A program made the position numbers and the translations under genes. Positions 12,001 through 18,944 of a stretch of DNA of 32,000 bases are shown here, piece after piece. The stretch's first letter is position 1. Each line of letters starts with the position of its first letter. Source of the DNA: Alkalilimnicola ehrlichii MLHE-1 (GTDB taxonomy: Bacteria; Pseudomonadota; Gammaproteobacteria; Nitrococcales; Halorhodospiraceae); NCBI RefSeq assembly GCF_000014785.1, contig NC_008340.1:1200001-1232000 (forward strand). The letters are read 5' to 3'. Below the pieces are notes generated by a model. The model was given only the letters and a program-made list of their open reading frames with translations, was not told the DNA's origin and searched no databases.

Positions 12001-15000
12001 CCACCGGTGGTGATGTGGTCGTCCGGGCGGATGCGGTGGAGGGTGGTGGCGAGGTCCGGTTGGGCCCGGACCTGGAGGCCATCTTCAGCGACTTCGCCGG
12101 TGGGGATCTCAACCAGGTGCCGGCCGAGTTCCTGGAGCCGGGCGGGCCGAGCATTCGCATCCTGGTGGAGTCCAACGAGTGGCTGCAGGTCAACGACCTG
12201 ATCATCGACGACCGCCGTGACGGCAGCATCACCATCGCCCAGGAGAGCGGCGCCTTCGGCGGTATCGCCGTGCCGACCCGGGTCTCCGGGGTGGGTGAAC
12301 TGCCAAGCGGGCTTCGCTACGACACCGGCGGGGTGGAGGCCACCCCGGAGATCCGCGTGGTGCACCAGTTCGAGGTCCCGCCCCAGGAGGACCACCTCTA
12401 CACCAACCCGGAGATCCGCCTGGGCCACGAGCCGGACCCCGCCGACCAACTGGAAGGCGAGTCGGTGACCGCCCGCATCATCAACCCGCGCGGTCTGGTG
12501 CAGGTGGGCAACCAGGCCGGCAGCATTATCTCCTCGGCCAGCATCGAAGCCGCCGCGGTGGAGATCGTCGCCGGTGGTAATTTCGTGCAGAACTGGATTC
12601 CCGGGTTCTTCCACGCCGGCGGGCAGCCCGAGGCCGCCGGCGAGGCCAGCCGCATCCTGGCCGGGGGCGACATCTACATCAGCGCCGAGCACATCAATGT
12701 CAATGGCCTGATCCAGAGCGGGTTCGACGAGTGGACGCTGGATTTCTCCTCCGACCTGCTGGGGAATGCCGGGACCACCCTCGATTTCGACGCCGACAAG
12801 GGCCACAGCCTGGGTGATTACCTGGAGTGGTACGGCAAGGGTTATCGTGCCACCAAGGAGGTGGAGGAGGCCCCGATACCCTTCTGGGCGCAGTTCTTGC
12901 CGCCCTCCATTTGGCACCTGCTGGGCTATGGCTTCGCCCCCGACGTCGACGCGGCGGATGTGCCGGACGATTTCCGCACCGCCTACAACGCCGGCCGTAG
13001 CGGTGAGCAGTTCCTGCAGCTGACCGGCGGCGAGGGCTTCGACGTGGAACTCGGCACCGTGGCCAGCTTCTACGATGCCGAGGCCGACCGCATCGACATC
13101 CAGCGCGCCGCCGTGGGCGGTGGCTACATCTTCCTGGCGGGCGACGTGGTGAGCACCGGCGGAGGCGAGATCCGGGCCTTGTCGGGTTTCGGTGAGATCC
13201 GGGTGGATACCACCGGCGGCGGGGAGGACGCCTTCCGTACTCACCAGGATGTGGTGCTCTATGACCTGGACGCCGGGACCCAACCCCATGCGCCCAGTTT
13301 CGACCTGCCCGAGGAGGAGCTGATTTCTGCGGAGGGCCTAGCGCCCTGCCGGCCCTGCGTGAGGATCTGGGATACCGCCAAGCGTGACGGCGAGGGCAAC
13401 CCCATCGAGACCGTCTTCCAGCACGACTGGAACCCGGACCCAGCGGCCCCGGACGGGAGCTTCGGCACCATCGCCAAGACCGTCTCCCGGCTCGACCGCG
13501 AGCAGCGTGACGATGACTTCTTCCTGCTGCGCACCGTGGTCGACGAGGATGACCCCTTCTATGGCCAGGAGCAGGACGCAGGCTTCGGCCCCCGTCCGGG
13601 GGCCACCGCGCAGTACCTGCCCCGCGAAGGGATGCGCTACCTCTACGGCGACAGCGTGGATGAAGACTCCGGGCGGCTGCTGTTCCCGGACGACGATGTG
13701 CCGTCAGGGCCGGGCTATCAGTCCATGCGGGCGGACCGGGCTATCGACGTCGGGTTCATCGGCAACCCGGTGGGTACCATCGACATCAAGAGCATCGGTG
13801 ACGTGATCATCGACGGCAGTGTGCGCAACCCCCAGGGGCTGACCACGGTGGAGACCGTCGGTAGCATCCGGGAGCCGGAGCAGGGCGGGCTGTTGCAGGG
13901 TCGCCAGCTCACTCTGGAGGCCGGTGGCGCCGTCGGCAGTGAGGGCGCCCCGCTGCGGGTGATCGTGGGTGACGGCGAGGTCACGCCGGACGATGCCTGG
14001 CTGGTGGCCCTGGCCGGGGATGGCGGGGTCTTCCTGGACGGCCTGCGCGGCGATCTGCCGGTGCGCGAGGTGGGGACGCTCAGCGGCCATACCGTGGACA
14101 TCGACGCGGCCCGTCACTTGATCGACCGCGGCACCGCCCCCGACCGGCCCACGGTCTACGGCGCCCGGGTGCATCTGCGTGCCCGGGACGGCTCTATCGG
14201 TGGCAGGGAGCAGGGCGAATTCGTGCTGCCGCTGACCATCGCCTCCGGGGTCGGGGTTGTGGTGGACGATCCGGACGCGCTGCCGGATTGGCTGAACCTT
14301 CCGCTGGGCAGCGCCAACGTAACCGCCCGCGCCGCCGGCCATGTCCTGCTCGCGGAAGATGCCCGCGGACTGGCCAGTGCCGGTGTGCCCGTCGACGGTG
14401 ACATTCACGTGGAGGCGCTCCGCGCCGCCGAAGGCGATGTCCGGCTCTTTATCGCCGACGGCAAGCTGATCAGCGCCATCGACGCCGAGCTCGATACCGA
14501 CCGCATGGTCCGCCTGGGCGAGATGTGGGACTCGCTGGGGATGCTCGACGACGGCTCGCCCAACAGCGGCGTAGCCCGCTTTGTCGAGGATCAGGTGGAG
14601 GCCTTCGAGGCCTCGGTGGAGAGCCGCTACCGTGACTGGTGGGAGCTGGACCGCCTGGCCGGGGAGGACGGCGGCTTCGACCTGGCCCCGGATCGGGCCC
14701 GCATTTACGCCCACCGGGCCGGCGTCGACGGCTCACCGGAGGCGTGGGACGAGACGGCGGACCCGCAGGGCGTGGCCGACAACACCGCCGCGGTCAATGC
14801 CTGGCTGGAGGGCCGTTACGGCGCGCTCAGCGATGAATTGGGCGAACTGCTGCTGGAGGGCAACGGCGACCAGTCCCTGGCGGACCTGGGTACGGTGGTC
14901 GAGGAACCGCTGGCCGAGGATCCGGCCACCGGGGAGATGCTGTTCTATGAACGGGTCGAGTTCGATTACCAGGCGCCGGACAGTGTCCGTGACCAGCTCG

Positions 15001-17165
15001 CGGAAGGGGCGGAGTGGACCGAGGAGCAGTTGCTCAACGTCCTCAGCGAGGACCGGATGCTGGAGACTGTGGACACCCAGTACCAGCGGGTGGAGACCAT
15101 TATCCAGGGGGAGAATGTGGCCATCGAGGCGCCGCGGGGTTCCATCGGCTCGTCTGACGACCCGCTCTGGATCCCGGCCCCCGAGGACGAGGACAGCAAC
15201 TTTGATTTCACCGAGGAGGAACGCGCCGCCCTGGTCAGCGCCCAGCCGGGCGATGTCCGGCTGATCGGCGAGGTGGTGTTGGTGGATGGCCAGGTCATGG
15301 ACCTGGGCGATTTCCTGCGCCTGCTCGGCACCGGGGGCCCCGGCGGGCTCACCCTGGAGGATCTCGACACGGTCGATTTCGACGGCATCGAGATCGAGCA
15401 GGTACGCTACGCCGGGGTCATCGCCACGGAGGGGGGGCAGTCGCACCATGCCGCCGATGACCTTGGCGGCGACATCTTCCTGGGTGTCCCCGGCACCAGC
15501 ATCGCCCTGGAGCGGCTCTGGGGTGGTGGCGACATCCGCGTGCGGGTCGGCGGCGGTATCGAAGCCCACGACGACCCGACACGGGGCGATGATCCGGAAG
15601 ATGCCATCATCCGCGGCGGTGCGGCGGGGGTGCTGCTGGAGGCGGCCGGCGGCGGCATCGGCGCCGAGGGGTTGCCGCTCACCACCGCGTTGGACCCCCG
15701 CGCCCTGATCACCGCCCGGGCCGTGGGCTCGGTGCACCTGCACGCCCTGGGCGGTAACCTGACCCTGGACAGTGTCTTCAGCGAGCAGGGCGATGCCGTG
15801 CTGGCTGCCGACCAGGGGCATATCGCCCGTTTGGCGCTGCCGGGCGCGCCGCTGGCGGACTTCGGCACCCTGGACATCGCCGCCGATGAGATCCGGCTGG
15901 ATGCCGGCACCTTTGTCGGCGCGGTGGATCGCGACGCCTTCCTGGCCCTGGACAGCACGGCTGAGCCGGGGGACCTGGAGGCGGTCACCGACGCCGCCAT
16001 GCGCCTGCGCCACGGTGACGACGCCCGGGTGACCGGTTCTGCCGGGGACCGCTTCCAGGTGTTCGCGCCGGAAGGGGGGCTGGTGGTCCGCGATGTGGAA
16101 GCCGGCGGCCGGGTCGTGGCCGGCGCCTGGGAGGATGTCACCCTGGAGCGGGTGACCAGCACCGCTGGCGACGGCGAGGCGGCCTTCGTCTTCAGCGAGA
16201 CGGGCTTCATCATCGGCAGCAATGAGGCCGGCCTGGAGGAACCGCTACACCTGCGGGCACTGGGCGGGGACGCCACCACGCGGTTGATCGCCCCGCTGGG
16301 CATCGGTCTGCCCGATGACTTCCTGTTCCTCGATGCCACCCGGATCAGCTCCGCCACCACCCTGGGCGGTCACGCCTTCCTCCACGGCACCACCGATTTG
16401 CGAGCCGATCTGATAGACGTGCCCACCGGGCGGTTGGAGGTGCGCGCGCCCCAGGCCATCGAAATCGATCGGTTGCGGGTTCACGACCGGGTGGACCTCA
16501 AGGGCGACGCCATCGAGGCGCACATCGAGCACACCGCCAACCCGGACCCGCTGCCGCTGGACGTGGTGGGCCTGGTCGAGCACTACGCATCGGAGGTGGA
16601 CCTGTCCGTGGACACCCCGGCCGATCTCATCGTCGAGCGGCTCTATGCCCGCCGCGCCCGATTGGAGACCAACACCACGCGAGTCGACATGCCGGACAAC
16701 GACATCTTCCACTGGTTGGAGGTGTTCACGCCGGAGGTCCACCTGTGGGCCGACAACCAGCGGCCCGACCGGCGCGACGTGGACGTCCAGCTCTATGAGC
16801 CGGGGTACCGCTTCTTTGTCGACCAGGACGGGCGGCACACCATCACCAACGCCTTCAGCGGCGCCTACCGGCCCGGCTACCGCCTGGAGCTGGTCAACTA
16901 TCAACCGGGCCGCGACCGCGCCCGTTTCGATGTGGATGGTCGCAGCATTGTGCGCGATGCCGGTCGGCTGGAGCAGCGCATCGTGCCGATCCCCGACACC
17001 CTGCCGGGGCTGCGGGCCTTCTGGCCGGACGACGAGGTCTCGGTGCAGGTGGTCGGTGCCGGCCTGCCGGGGGCGCCGCCCGACTTCCCGGTTAACCTGG
17101 ACTGGACCGGTCTGTTGCAGGGCGATGACGATCAATCCGGGGCAGAGGAGAATGGCGCTCAATGA
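3..17165 (+). CDS. Giant repetitive exoprotein/adhesin, probable TpsA-type two-partner-secretion substrate, 5' end truncated by the window edge
   Basis: Single open frame of 5,718 aa from GTG at 9, still open to the window edge upstream. No signal peptide or TPS domain is visible, so the true start lies outside. Many Gly/Ala/Val-rich units such as 'VTVAASQDSRIRALGAAIQGGGKVGGGAAVTVNQIGSGVTAEV', typical of beta-helical secreted adhesins. Stop overlaps the start of an FhaC/ShlB-like transporter gene. Confidence 0.9.
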   Translation, partial: ALVPEGLEEVAESAIDSGLEAVDDELDNQDLPDFGLGLGLVDASAIVTLEDGAELDAGGNVNIHAEAQRTARAEAHADGDGLGGAFALASISGQTAVTVEEGASIVAGGDIDLRAASHNELVAEAVTEVGDGFDVGLGGSVALGFLQSEPEDGGTTVQVQEGATLAAGGDLGLSAFTEHDVTVDATTTLGSGGEAAFGATVAYLGLDWTTRTLLTGGAVADDTVEPPVGIVAGGDLRMVARTDQAIHTGASVETTGDISVGLAAAVAELNNTTRVVLDGTVRAGGDATLLAESITRAQHTVATTRAAEDADNNGGNGNDGPDEAADDQGTSDYVAGLVGDVDTGEPEETPGAGGNGGLALDIGAAVAYTDARDSASTTLGGNTQLLPPAGPLGPGGQVAIVSRRQLDNLSTRARSGTEATGPDGDDGANSINAAVSYARLDQIARTEIADGARIEAGRIGVGAEVDLPARVAWGDEDNEDGPGGLDDIAGADSDDLDDWLTSEASTSSETGGTVNIAGAVNLLDLTATAEALVGTGDDPTDVTTLHAVGDGGDWETELGGDTTWHWDDAVAVAARSRVETVDVAGQAAAAGTVGVGGGVNWHLRESTARARLAGSADISADTGGVSVSADRRDRAIVLTPIAGESDGGAVGLGASVAYARIDGTSQAQLDEGAMVAAGGALAVTAGGDLHAEILTASKTSGDATAGIAGTVAFADISLDTTAAVHGQPVDNALEVGDLYLHALDLQDYQVQASAEAQGDVAIGLAGAVLDTEAGTRALLYRDVTTDGDVVLIADSETTGRGVAASTRAETGEAGDNGNGENNTGDDRDLNTVDFVQQRGERGNEGVDDGLQDVAGDPGAGQSEEAGFDVNVGAAVAFTGADDSAGAHIGEAVTISGPGGGAAGDVAVLARRAESGYRGRAQTEVETAPEDDGVGVGVGAALTLTFMDNSAEALIGASAVVDAHRVGVAADVILPDHFEGPAWDGLETLRDLAQDDDDELTYDEAESNLLDMADGWLTTYANAAAESEDGVFDGAAAVNFARYNVNADAWIGEGAEVTAGGTAGDTGWSTELRPAQDNGDPALSRRWNEAITVSAGADVRTIDVAGNVGGLLTAGVAGDATVGIGAGFAWLERGGHVSAGIADHAVVSASHGQGTIGVHAERFDQSIGIAPSSGHGASFAGNGTVVVNRLDTDTVAAVSHAAAVDAAALTVSAGRDLRWWSVAGSITLAESVAVGVGISVNELRTDTRAVIGDVAGLRPAMAGGGDVTELDDTEQGITADQVTVAARSDGLVGSASIAGGAAGETGEPPATDNWTDSGLTNDVIGVTSDRTEGAEAPEDETIAEAVQSGTGEPAGALDEQEASADDLDEDGDLANPDPTQPDLETFPDEGADIPDAGADADSEETDLGVAVAGSASVNLSSLNTTALIEDVSLAARDADTTDVTASAVAAVDTIAVSGSGALVLGGNSSDPQVAIAGTVGVNLLGDHTRARLVDTRIEQPGQVTVEALRDGELISVGMGLAITASGSTKAAAVAGSVSLSDISNETAATIEGGTIGDPGSDPEPDDGSGVQVLAYDRSSIGTGGGSLFGGKGGGFGAAVTLAQVRNTIDAGILGTRITDVAEVTVDALSATRIISAGAVLGYGGKGAVGGAVVLNRIGNTTKAAIADRDDGDDVERAEITANERVRVRARSASDDERVALDDRIDAAGGGHVYNFSGEGTALAEPEAEGDRDWGDDSYETGGDEFAGEGGDQAEIDSGYDDAAEDARFDGGPLEGDAIVGVAGSISASGKASIGLAFSGNQIDNDYIAEVRGARIDGVDGELSVDAADRSRVIGLGVGGGASGKVAIAGSGAANLIGGEARATIGGSRAQADDGPVHLAEIDAGAVNLGADRGSRIDALAGNVAFSGKAGIGAAVAYNAIDTAVAAEINHADLALSGGDLSIDAGSSSDIYGVAVSGGGGGKVALNGSAIINFIDLDVSAGLGSSRVRDTGAVRITAGDHGAGGQAAIWSLAGAINGAGKVALGAAVAYNEIESRFAADITGADIEALGPVDVTAEVSGDINTLGAAGGGAGKVALGGAATVSRIDNTVTASLTGSRLYAPAALVTVAASQDSRIRALGAAIQGGGKVGGGAAVTVNQIGSGVTAEVTGGAPGLPAAIDDPAGGGDAEAHYHLGHLVVDARSDNEIQTIAAGAAAGGVGGVAGSVSTNLFGNRTKARIADGADVLAEGHVLVDAASSDNVALVAGSLGFGGKAFGAAGTVAVNIVESETHAWIGGEDPGDATVVVARAQQPGTVSGRDHRLHAIPGLVDKSDGENTFDDEDGVEIYDSEVDDAAEDRDGTGGGSTGGFSVEDEAGDYLLSRLVRDDDRGVDGVRVSARSDQTTSAALATAGISANVVKGGVGLAATALVNRIAGETTAGIRNSEVSSETDVAVSAGGHVHTRGLVIGAALGSVGASGAAVVDVVTRRTRAGIDDATVTAGGRIDVDAAGSQSTSGLAIGASGGTYASLAGGGVVSRLGAQTLAEVTGSRLEAGDVGVQADSDTGVTMLTGTVSVGAAAAAGSFNVAVVDAVTVARIADSDQDRSRLSVEGEVDVAAESLNRFGTIAASGAAGGTAIAGTLGLSLQQSVTQARIEGAAIGQGDDDVPAQVNVRARDHLEVGAFAGGASLGMGMGLGAAANVFSGQASVLAEVRDGAAIEAGAVSVSAERSAELSLYTATLGAGQTGFSAGVGVILLGVGAGEVTPTRGEDDIAEDDVEGGLERELNGNGGGTLDTANTFANFSFEGDPDNDANTEDDVGGSLSDDQRDSLESDLEFNLTESVIDGDDHQTVARIDASDLRADRVDVTADDRVATRNYVGSGALGGVGFGAAVGFTRVGNGVVAEIGGDGTLDVGELTIRAGHDDLGGGTAAETRAWAGAAGGIGLAAAYADADVTTGVRATLGPVNLQRDAADDAGVELTIDAFDHGGTYAETIGVAAGFVAGVGAAISRAARTSTVIAEVADDTAVGSDDEDSADFDLSLSAVSDGGVAVDGIALGAGVVGGGAAALALGEERSTVQARVGNGADLRLGDGALTLDALARPDVTADGVGVAAAVTGAIAAAVSRAYSSATVEAAVGDLDGPGGAAVQARAVDVRARSLPVGSYGAEAEAIAGSIAKGVAVSGSFAFATDTATVNAGLGPGADLTLGGDGLSVWAEADPAARARTHARTFAGGVAFGANLSQAASNAEVAAVVGDQASVRLADGVDEADFTIRAIANDDGSRTAYATGAVSGGALLVSANGGYARAYEQTAVDARIGTGATLDAGAGEVRLGADATPHARAVLASQSYGGALAIGAAITDARVAADVTAAIGDGTAILGGGDLTVHAHVARPAGADSAFARSEASSGALASANAALAEARNHARSRALTGAGVTLPGGVVSLRAENHSRQHGHSASESYGAFAAGMTVTRVESDTLTHAILGTDNQASDNDDRPDVVDVTTNASSHDHGFGQTATGGAIDGAAAEVHTFSTADNRAQVLGHHSDPLQVGVLNVRALQDTRFSGVVDTSRASVAGASGARLYHNANRVTGIVNVDEEREAFYGETSVVEAGIGDHADIRALYVDVIAEQAVERVADAGNDIRVAGGGVLGASAGRGATYIETITRAGIGTGATVNVELDLLVRAIEAITAEQVARLNTGNAIDIARAESVMHTDHQNDVIIGGNANITAGGDVVLSNATELDLVAHTRARTSGVASFARGNSEAEADVREGITVGNGARLASAGNVVMRTGLGDGGLPARKGVEADTYLYNKGALPLENDPRVHADLVVDSRIDVADNAVVEAGQDAYLIAPVGFRYRARGEGEGQDIYRRAAESIANFFRRLVRADEVSLAKEVRSEDLVRGSTITIDGQVVGAGGMHQYLWVRQGDDDDERILASPGVGYFFEERDVRGDLEALVGAYRDLLGEYVEPDPDDPEGSGLLFWRAAAQIETLAGRLAALGDEDDGPYDGGRAVPFIEVEDITATGGDVVVRADAVEGGGEVRLGPDLEAIFSDFAGGDLNQVPAEFLEPGGPSIRILVESNEWLQVNDLIIDDRRDGSITIAQESGAFGGIAVPTRVSGVGELPSGLRYDTGGVEATPEIRVVHQFEVPPQEDHLYTNPEIRLGHEPDPADQLEGESVTARIINPRGLVQVGNQAGSIISSASIEAAAVEIVAGGNFVQNWIPGFFHAGGQPEAAGEASRILAGGDIYISAEHINVNGLIQSGFDEWTLDFSSDLLGNAGTTLDFDADKGHSLGDYLEWYGKGYRATKEVEEAPIPFWAQFLPPSIWHLLGYGFAPDVDAADVPDDFRTAYNAGRSGEQFLQLTGGEGFDVELGTVASFYDAEADRIDIQRAAVGGGYIFLAGDVVSTGGGEIRALSGFGEIRVDTTGGGEDAFRTHQDVVLYDLDAGTQPHAPSFDLPEEELISAEGLAPCRPCVRIWDTAKRDGEGNPIETVFQHDWNPDPAAPDGSFGTIAKTVSRLDREQRDDDFFLLRTVVDEDDPFYGQEQDAGFGPRPGATAQYLPREGMRYLYGDSVDEDSGRLLFPDDDVPSGPGYQSMRADRAIDVGFIGNPVGTIDIKSIGDVIIDGSVRNPQGLTTVETVGSIREPEQGGLLQGRQLTLEAGGAVGSEGAPLRVIVGDGEVTPDDAWLVALAGDGGVFLDGLRGDLPVREVGTLSGHTVDIDAARHLIDRGTAPDRPTVYGARVHLRARDGSIGGREQGEFVLPLTIASGVGVVVDDPDALPDWLNLPLGSANVTARAAGHVLLAEDARGLASAGVPVDGDIHVEALRAAEGDVRLFIADGKLISAIDAELDTDRMVRLGEMWDSLGMLDDGSPNSGVARFVEDQVEAFEASVESRYRDWWELDRLAGEDGGFDLAPDRARIYAHRAGVDGSPEAWDETADPQGVADNTAAVNAWLEGRYGALSDELGELLLEGNGDQSLADLGTVVEEPLAEDPATGEMLFYERVEFDYQAPDSVRDQLAEGAEWTEEQLLNVLSEDRMLETVDTQYQRVETIIQGENVAIEAPRGSIGSSDDPLWIPAPEDEDSNFDFTEEERAALVSAQPGDVRLIGEVVLVDGQVMDLGDFLRLLGTGGPGGLTLEDLDTVDFDGIEIEQVRYAGVIATEGGQSHHAADDLGGDIFLGVPGTSIALERLWGGGDIRVRVGGGIEAHDDPTRGDDPEDAIIRGGAAGVLLEAAGGGIGAEGLPLTTALDPRALITARAVGSVHLHALGGNLTLDSVFSEQGDAVLAADQGHIARLALPGAPLADFGTLDIAADEIRLDAGTFVGAVDRDAFLALDSTAEPGDLEAVTDAAMRLRHGDDARVTGSAGDRFQVFAPEGGLVVRDVEAGGRVVAGAWEDVTLERVTSTAGDGEAAFVFSETGFIIGSNEAGLEEPLHLRALGGDATTRLIAPLGIGLPDDFLFLDATRISSATTLGGHAFLHGTTDLRADLIDVPTGRLEVRAPQAIEIDRLRVHDRVDLKGDAIEAHIEHTANPDPLPLDVVGLVEHYASEVDLSVDTPADLIVERLYARRARLETNTTRVDMPDNDIFHWLEVFTPEVHLWADNQRPDRRDVDVQLYEPGYRFFVDQDGRHTITNAFSGAYRPGYRLELVNYQPGRDRARFDVDGRSIVRDAGRLEQRIVPIPDTLPGLRAFWPDDEVSVQVVGAGLPGAPPDFPVNLDWTGLLQGDDDQSGAEENGAQ
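1057..3600 (+). repeat. Two copies of a ~1.5-kb higher-order unit inside the exoprotein
   Basis: 'LALDIGAAVAYTDARDSA' (~1078) vs 'FDVNVGAAVAFTGADDSA' (~2598); 'DDWLTSEASTSS...AGAVNLLDLTATAEALVG' vs 'ADGWLTTYANAAAES...AAAVNFARYNVNADAWIG'; 'RSRVETVDVAGQAAAAGTVGVGGGVNWH' vs 'GADVRTIDVAGNVGGLLTAGVAGDATVGIGAGFAW'. Confidence 0.7.
4500..6860 (+). repeat. Array of about 12 degenerate ~50-aa 'GKVA' beta-helix units inside the exoprotein
   Basis: Consensus V.V.A...S.I..L..A....GKV..G.A...N.I...V.A.I.G. Examples: 'LSVDAADRSRVIGLGVGGGASGKVAIAGSGAANLIGGEARATIGG', 'VDVTAEVSGDINTLGAAGGGAGKVALGGAATVSRIDNTVTASLTGS', 'LVVDARSDNEIQTIAAGAAAGGVGGVAGSVSTNLFGNRTKARIADG'. Confidence 0.8.
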
Positions 17166-18847
17166 AGCGGTGGGGCTCGGAAGAATCGCGGCGGGCGCCG
17201 CTGCTGGCGGTGGTCGTTTGCCTTCCCCTGCTGACGGCGGGTGCGGTCCATGCGCAGACACCGGGCGCCCAGCCCGAACCCGGGCCGGGCGTCGATCCGG
17301 CGCTCCAGTTGCGGGAGTTGTTGCGCGAGCGTGAGCGCCTGGAGGAGCGCGGGCCACGGCCGGAGGAACCCGAGCTGGATATCCCGGAGCTCGTCCTGCC
17401 CGACCTGGAGGATGAGACGGTGGAGTTCCTCCTCAGAGAGATCCGCTTCTCCCCTACGGAGCTGCTGGACGAGCAGTGGCTCACCGAGCTGGCGGAGGAA
17501 TACATCGGGGAAGTGGTCAGTTTCGGTCAGGTGAACGAGCTGGTGGAACGCATCAACAGCGCCTATGCCAAACAGGGCGATGTCACTGCCCGGGCCTTCG
17601 TGCCGCCACAGCAGATCGTCGACGGCCGGCTGCAGATCCTGCTGGTGGAGGCCCGGATCGGTAGCGTGGCCGTGGAGGGGGCCGAGCACACCGAACCGCG
17701 GTACATCCGCGGCCGTATCCCGCTGGAGGAGGGCGAGGTGCTGCGGGTGCCCGATCTGCGCGCCTCGGTGCGTGAATTCAACCGTCGTGAGGCGCTGCAG
17801 GCCGGCGTGGCGCTGCGTCCGGGCGAGGCGTTCGGTGAAAGCGATGTGGTCCTGCAGATGCTTGAACCCCCGCGGCTGCGCTACCAGCTCTTTGCCGACA
17901 ACGCCGGCGCACGCAGTACCGGTGAAGAGCGGATCGGCGGCATGGCCAGTTGGTATTCGCCCTTCGGCCGGGCCGACCGGTTCACCGCCTTTCTGGTGGG
18001 AAGTAGCGGGGCCACCGCCCTCGACTTGAGCTACGCCACCCCTGTCGGCCATCGCGGGGCGGCCCTCACCGCCCGCCTCGCCTACAACGAGATCGAGATC
18101 GTCCGTGGTCCGCTGCGCGATCTGGACATAGAGGGTGAATCGTTGCGTGGTTCCCTGCGCTATACCCATCCCCTGGCATGGAGCGAGCGCCGCACCTGGG
18201 ATGCCGTCGGCAGCCTGGGCTATGTCCGCTCCAAGACCGAACTGGACGGGGTTACTTTCGCCGACAACGAGGTGACGCGGGTGGACGCAGGCGTGCGCCT
18301 GCGCCAGTACGGCCAACCCGGTCCCCACACCCACTTCCTCGAGGTCGAGCAACGCCTGGCCCACGCCCACTTCCGGGAGAGCGCCGGGGAACTGGATGAG
18401 ACCGATGACAGCCTGCTCTGGGATGGCCGCCTGCTCTGGGAGCAGCGCCTGCCCCGGGCCTTTTATACCCTGTCGCGGGCCGAGTGGCAGTATGCCGACA
18501 GCCCGGAGGCGGTGCTCTCACCGCAGCTCTTCCAGGTGGGCGGCGCTTTCGACGTGCGCGGCTACCCGCAAGGGGCCACCGCGGGTGAGAGCGGCTATTA
18601 CCTCAGCCTGGAGTTGCGCTACGCCGGCTTTGCCGCCGTGGAGCCCTTCGTCTTCGTTGATCACGGCGGGGTGCGCCAGGAGGACCAGGATAACGAGCGC
18701 CTGACGAGCTGGGGCGCCGGTGCCTTCCTGGACCTCGGTCGCGGCTTCTCCGGCAGCCTGACGGTAGGCGTGCCCGCCAGCGACGTGTTGCCGGACCAGG
18801 ACGACTACCGGATCCATTTCCGGATCGCCTGGCAGGGCCAGCGCTGA
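17162..18847 (+). CDS. ShlB/FhaC/HecB family two-partner-secretion outer-membrane transporter (TpsB)
   Basis: 561 aa. Signal peptide 'APLLAVVVCLPLLTAGAVHAQ'; POTRA-like segment 'FLLREIRFSPTELLDEQWL...VVSFGQVNELVERINSAYAKQGDVTARAFVPPQQIVDGRLQILLVEARIGSVAVEG'; beta-barrel motif 'LFQVGGAFDVRGYPQG'. ATGA overlap with the upstream exoprotein gene. Confidence 0.92.
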   Translation: MKRWGSEESRRAPLLAVVVCLPLLTAGAVHAQTPGAQPEPGPGVDPALQLRELLRERERLEERGPRPEEPELDIPELVLPDLEDETVEFLLREIRFSPTELLDEQWLTELAEEYIGEVVSFGQVNELVERINSAYAKQGDVTARAFVPPQQIVDGRLQILLVEARIGSVAVEGAEHTEPRYIRGRIPLEEGEVLRVPDLRASVREFNRREALQAGVALRPGEAFGESDVVLQMLEPPRLRYQLFADNAGARSTGEERIGGMASWYSPFGRADRFTAFLVGSSGATALDLSYATPVGHRGAALTARLAYNEIEIVRGPLRDLDIEGESLRGSLRYTHPLAWSERRTWDAVGSLGYVRSKTELDGVTFADNEVTRVDAGVRLRQYGQPGPHTHFLEVEQRLAHAHFRESAGELDETDDSLLWDGRLLWEQRLPRAFYTLSRAEWQYADSPEAVLSPQLFQVGGAFDVRGYPQGATAGESGYYLSLELRYAGFAAVEPFVFVDHGGVRQEDQDNERLTSWGAGAFLDLGRGFSGSLTVGVPASDVLPDQDDYRIHFRIAWQGQR

Positions 18848-18944
18848 GTGCTGCATGACCGCGGCCGGCACCGTGCCCCCAGCTGGATCCCACCCGCAGG
18901 CTATGCTGTAAGGTAGTACAGGCCCACCGCAGGGAGAAGCGGCC

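Noticed and set aside
9351-13289. 1,312-aa minus-strand ORF
   Set aside because: Same shadow-ORF explanation; antisense to the exoprotein repeats, no domain signature.
14733-16013. 426-aa minus-strand ORF
   Set aside because: Antisense to the C-terminal part of the exoprotein, no motif support.
16245-17357. 370-aa minus-strand ORF spanning the exoprotein/transporter junction
   Set aside because: Shadow ORF antisense to two well-supported genes.
17159-18370. 403-aa minus-strand ORF
   Set aside because: Antisense to the TpsB transporter, which has clear POTRA and barrel motifs.
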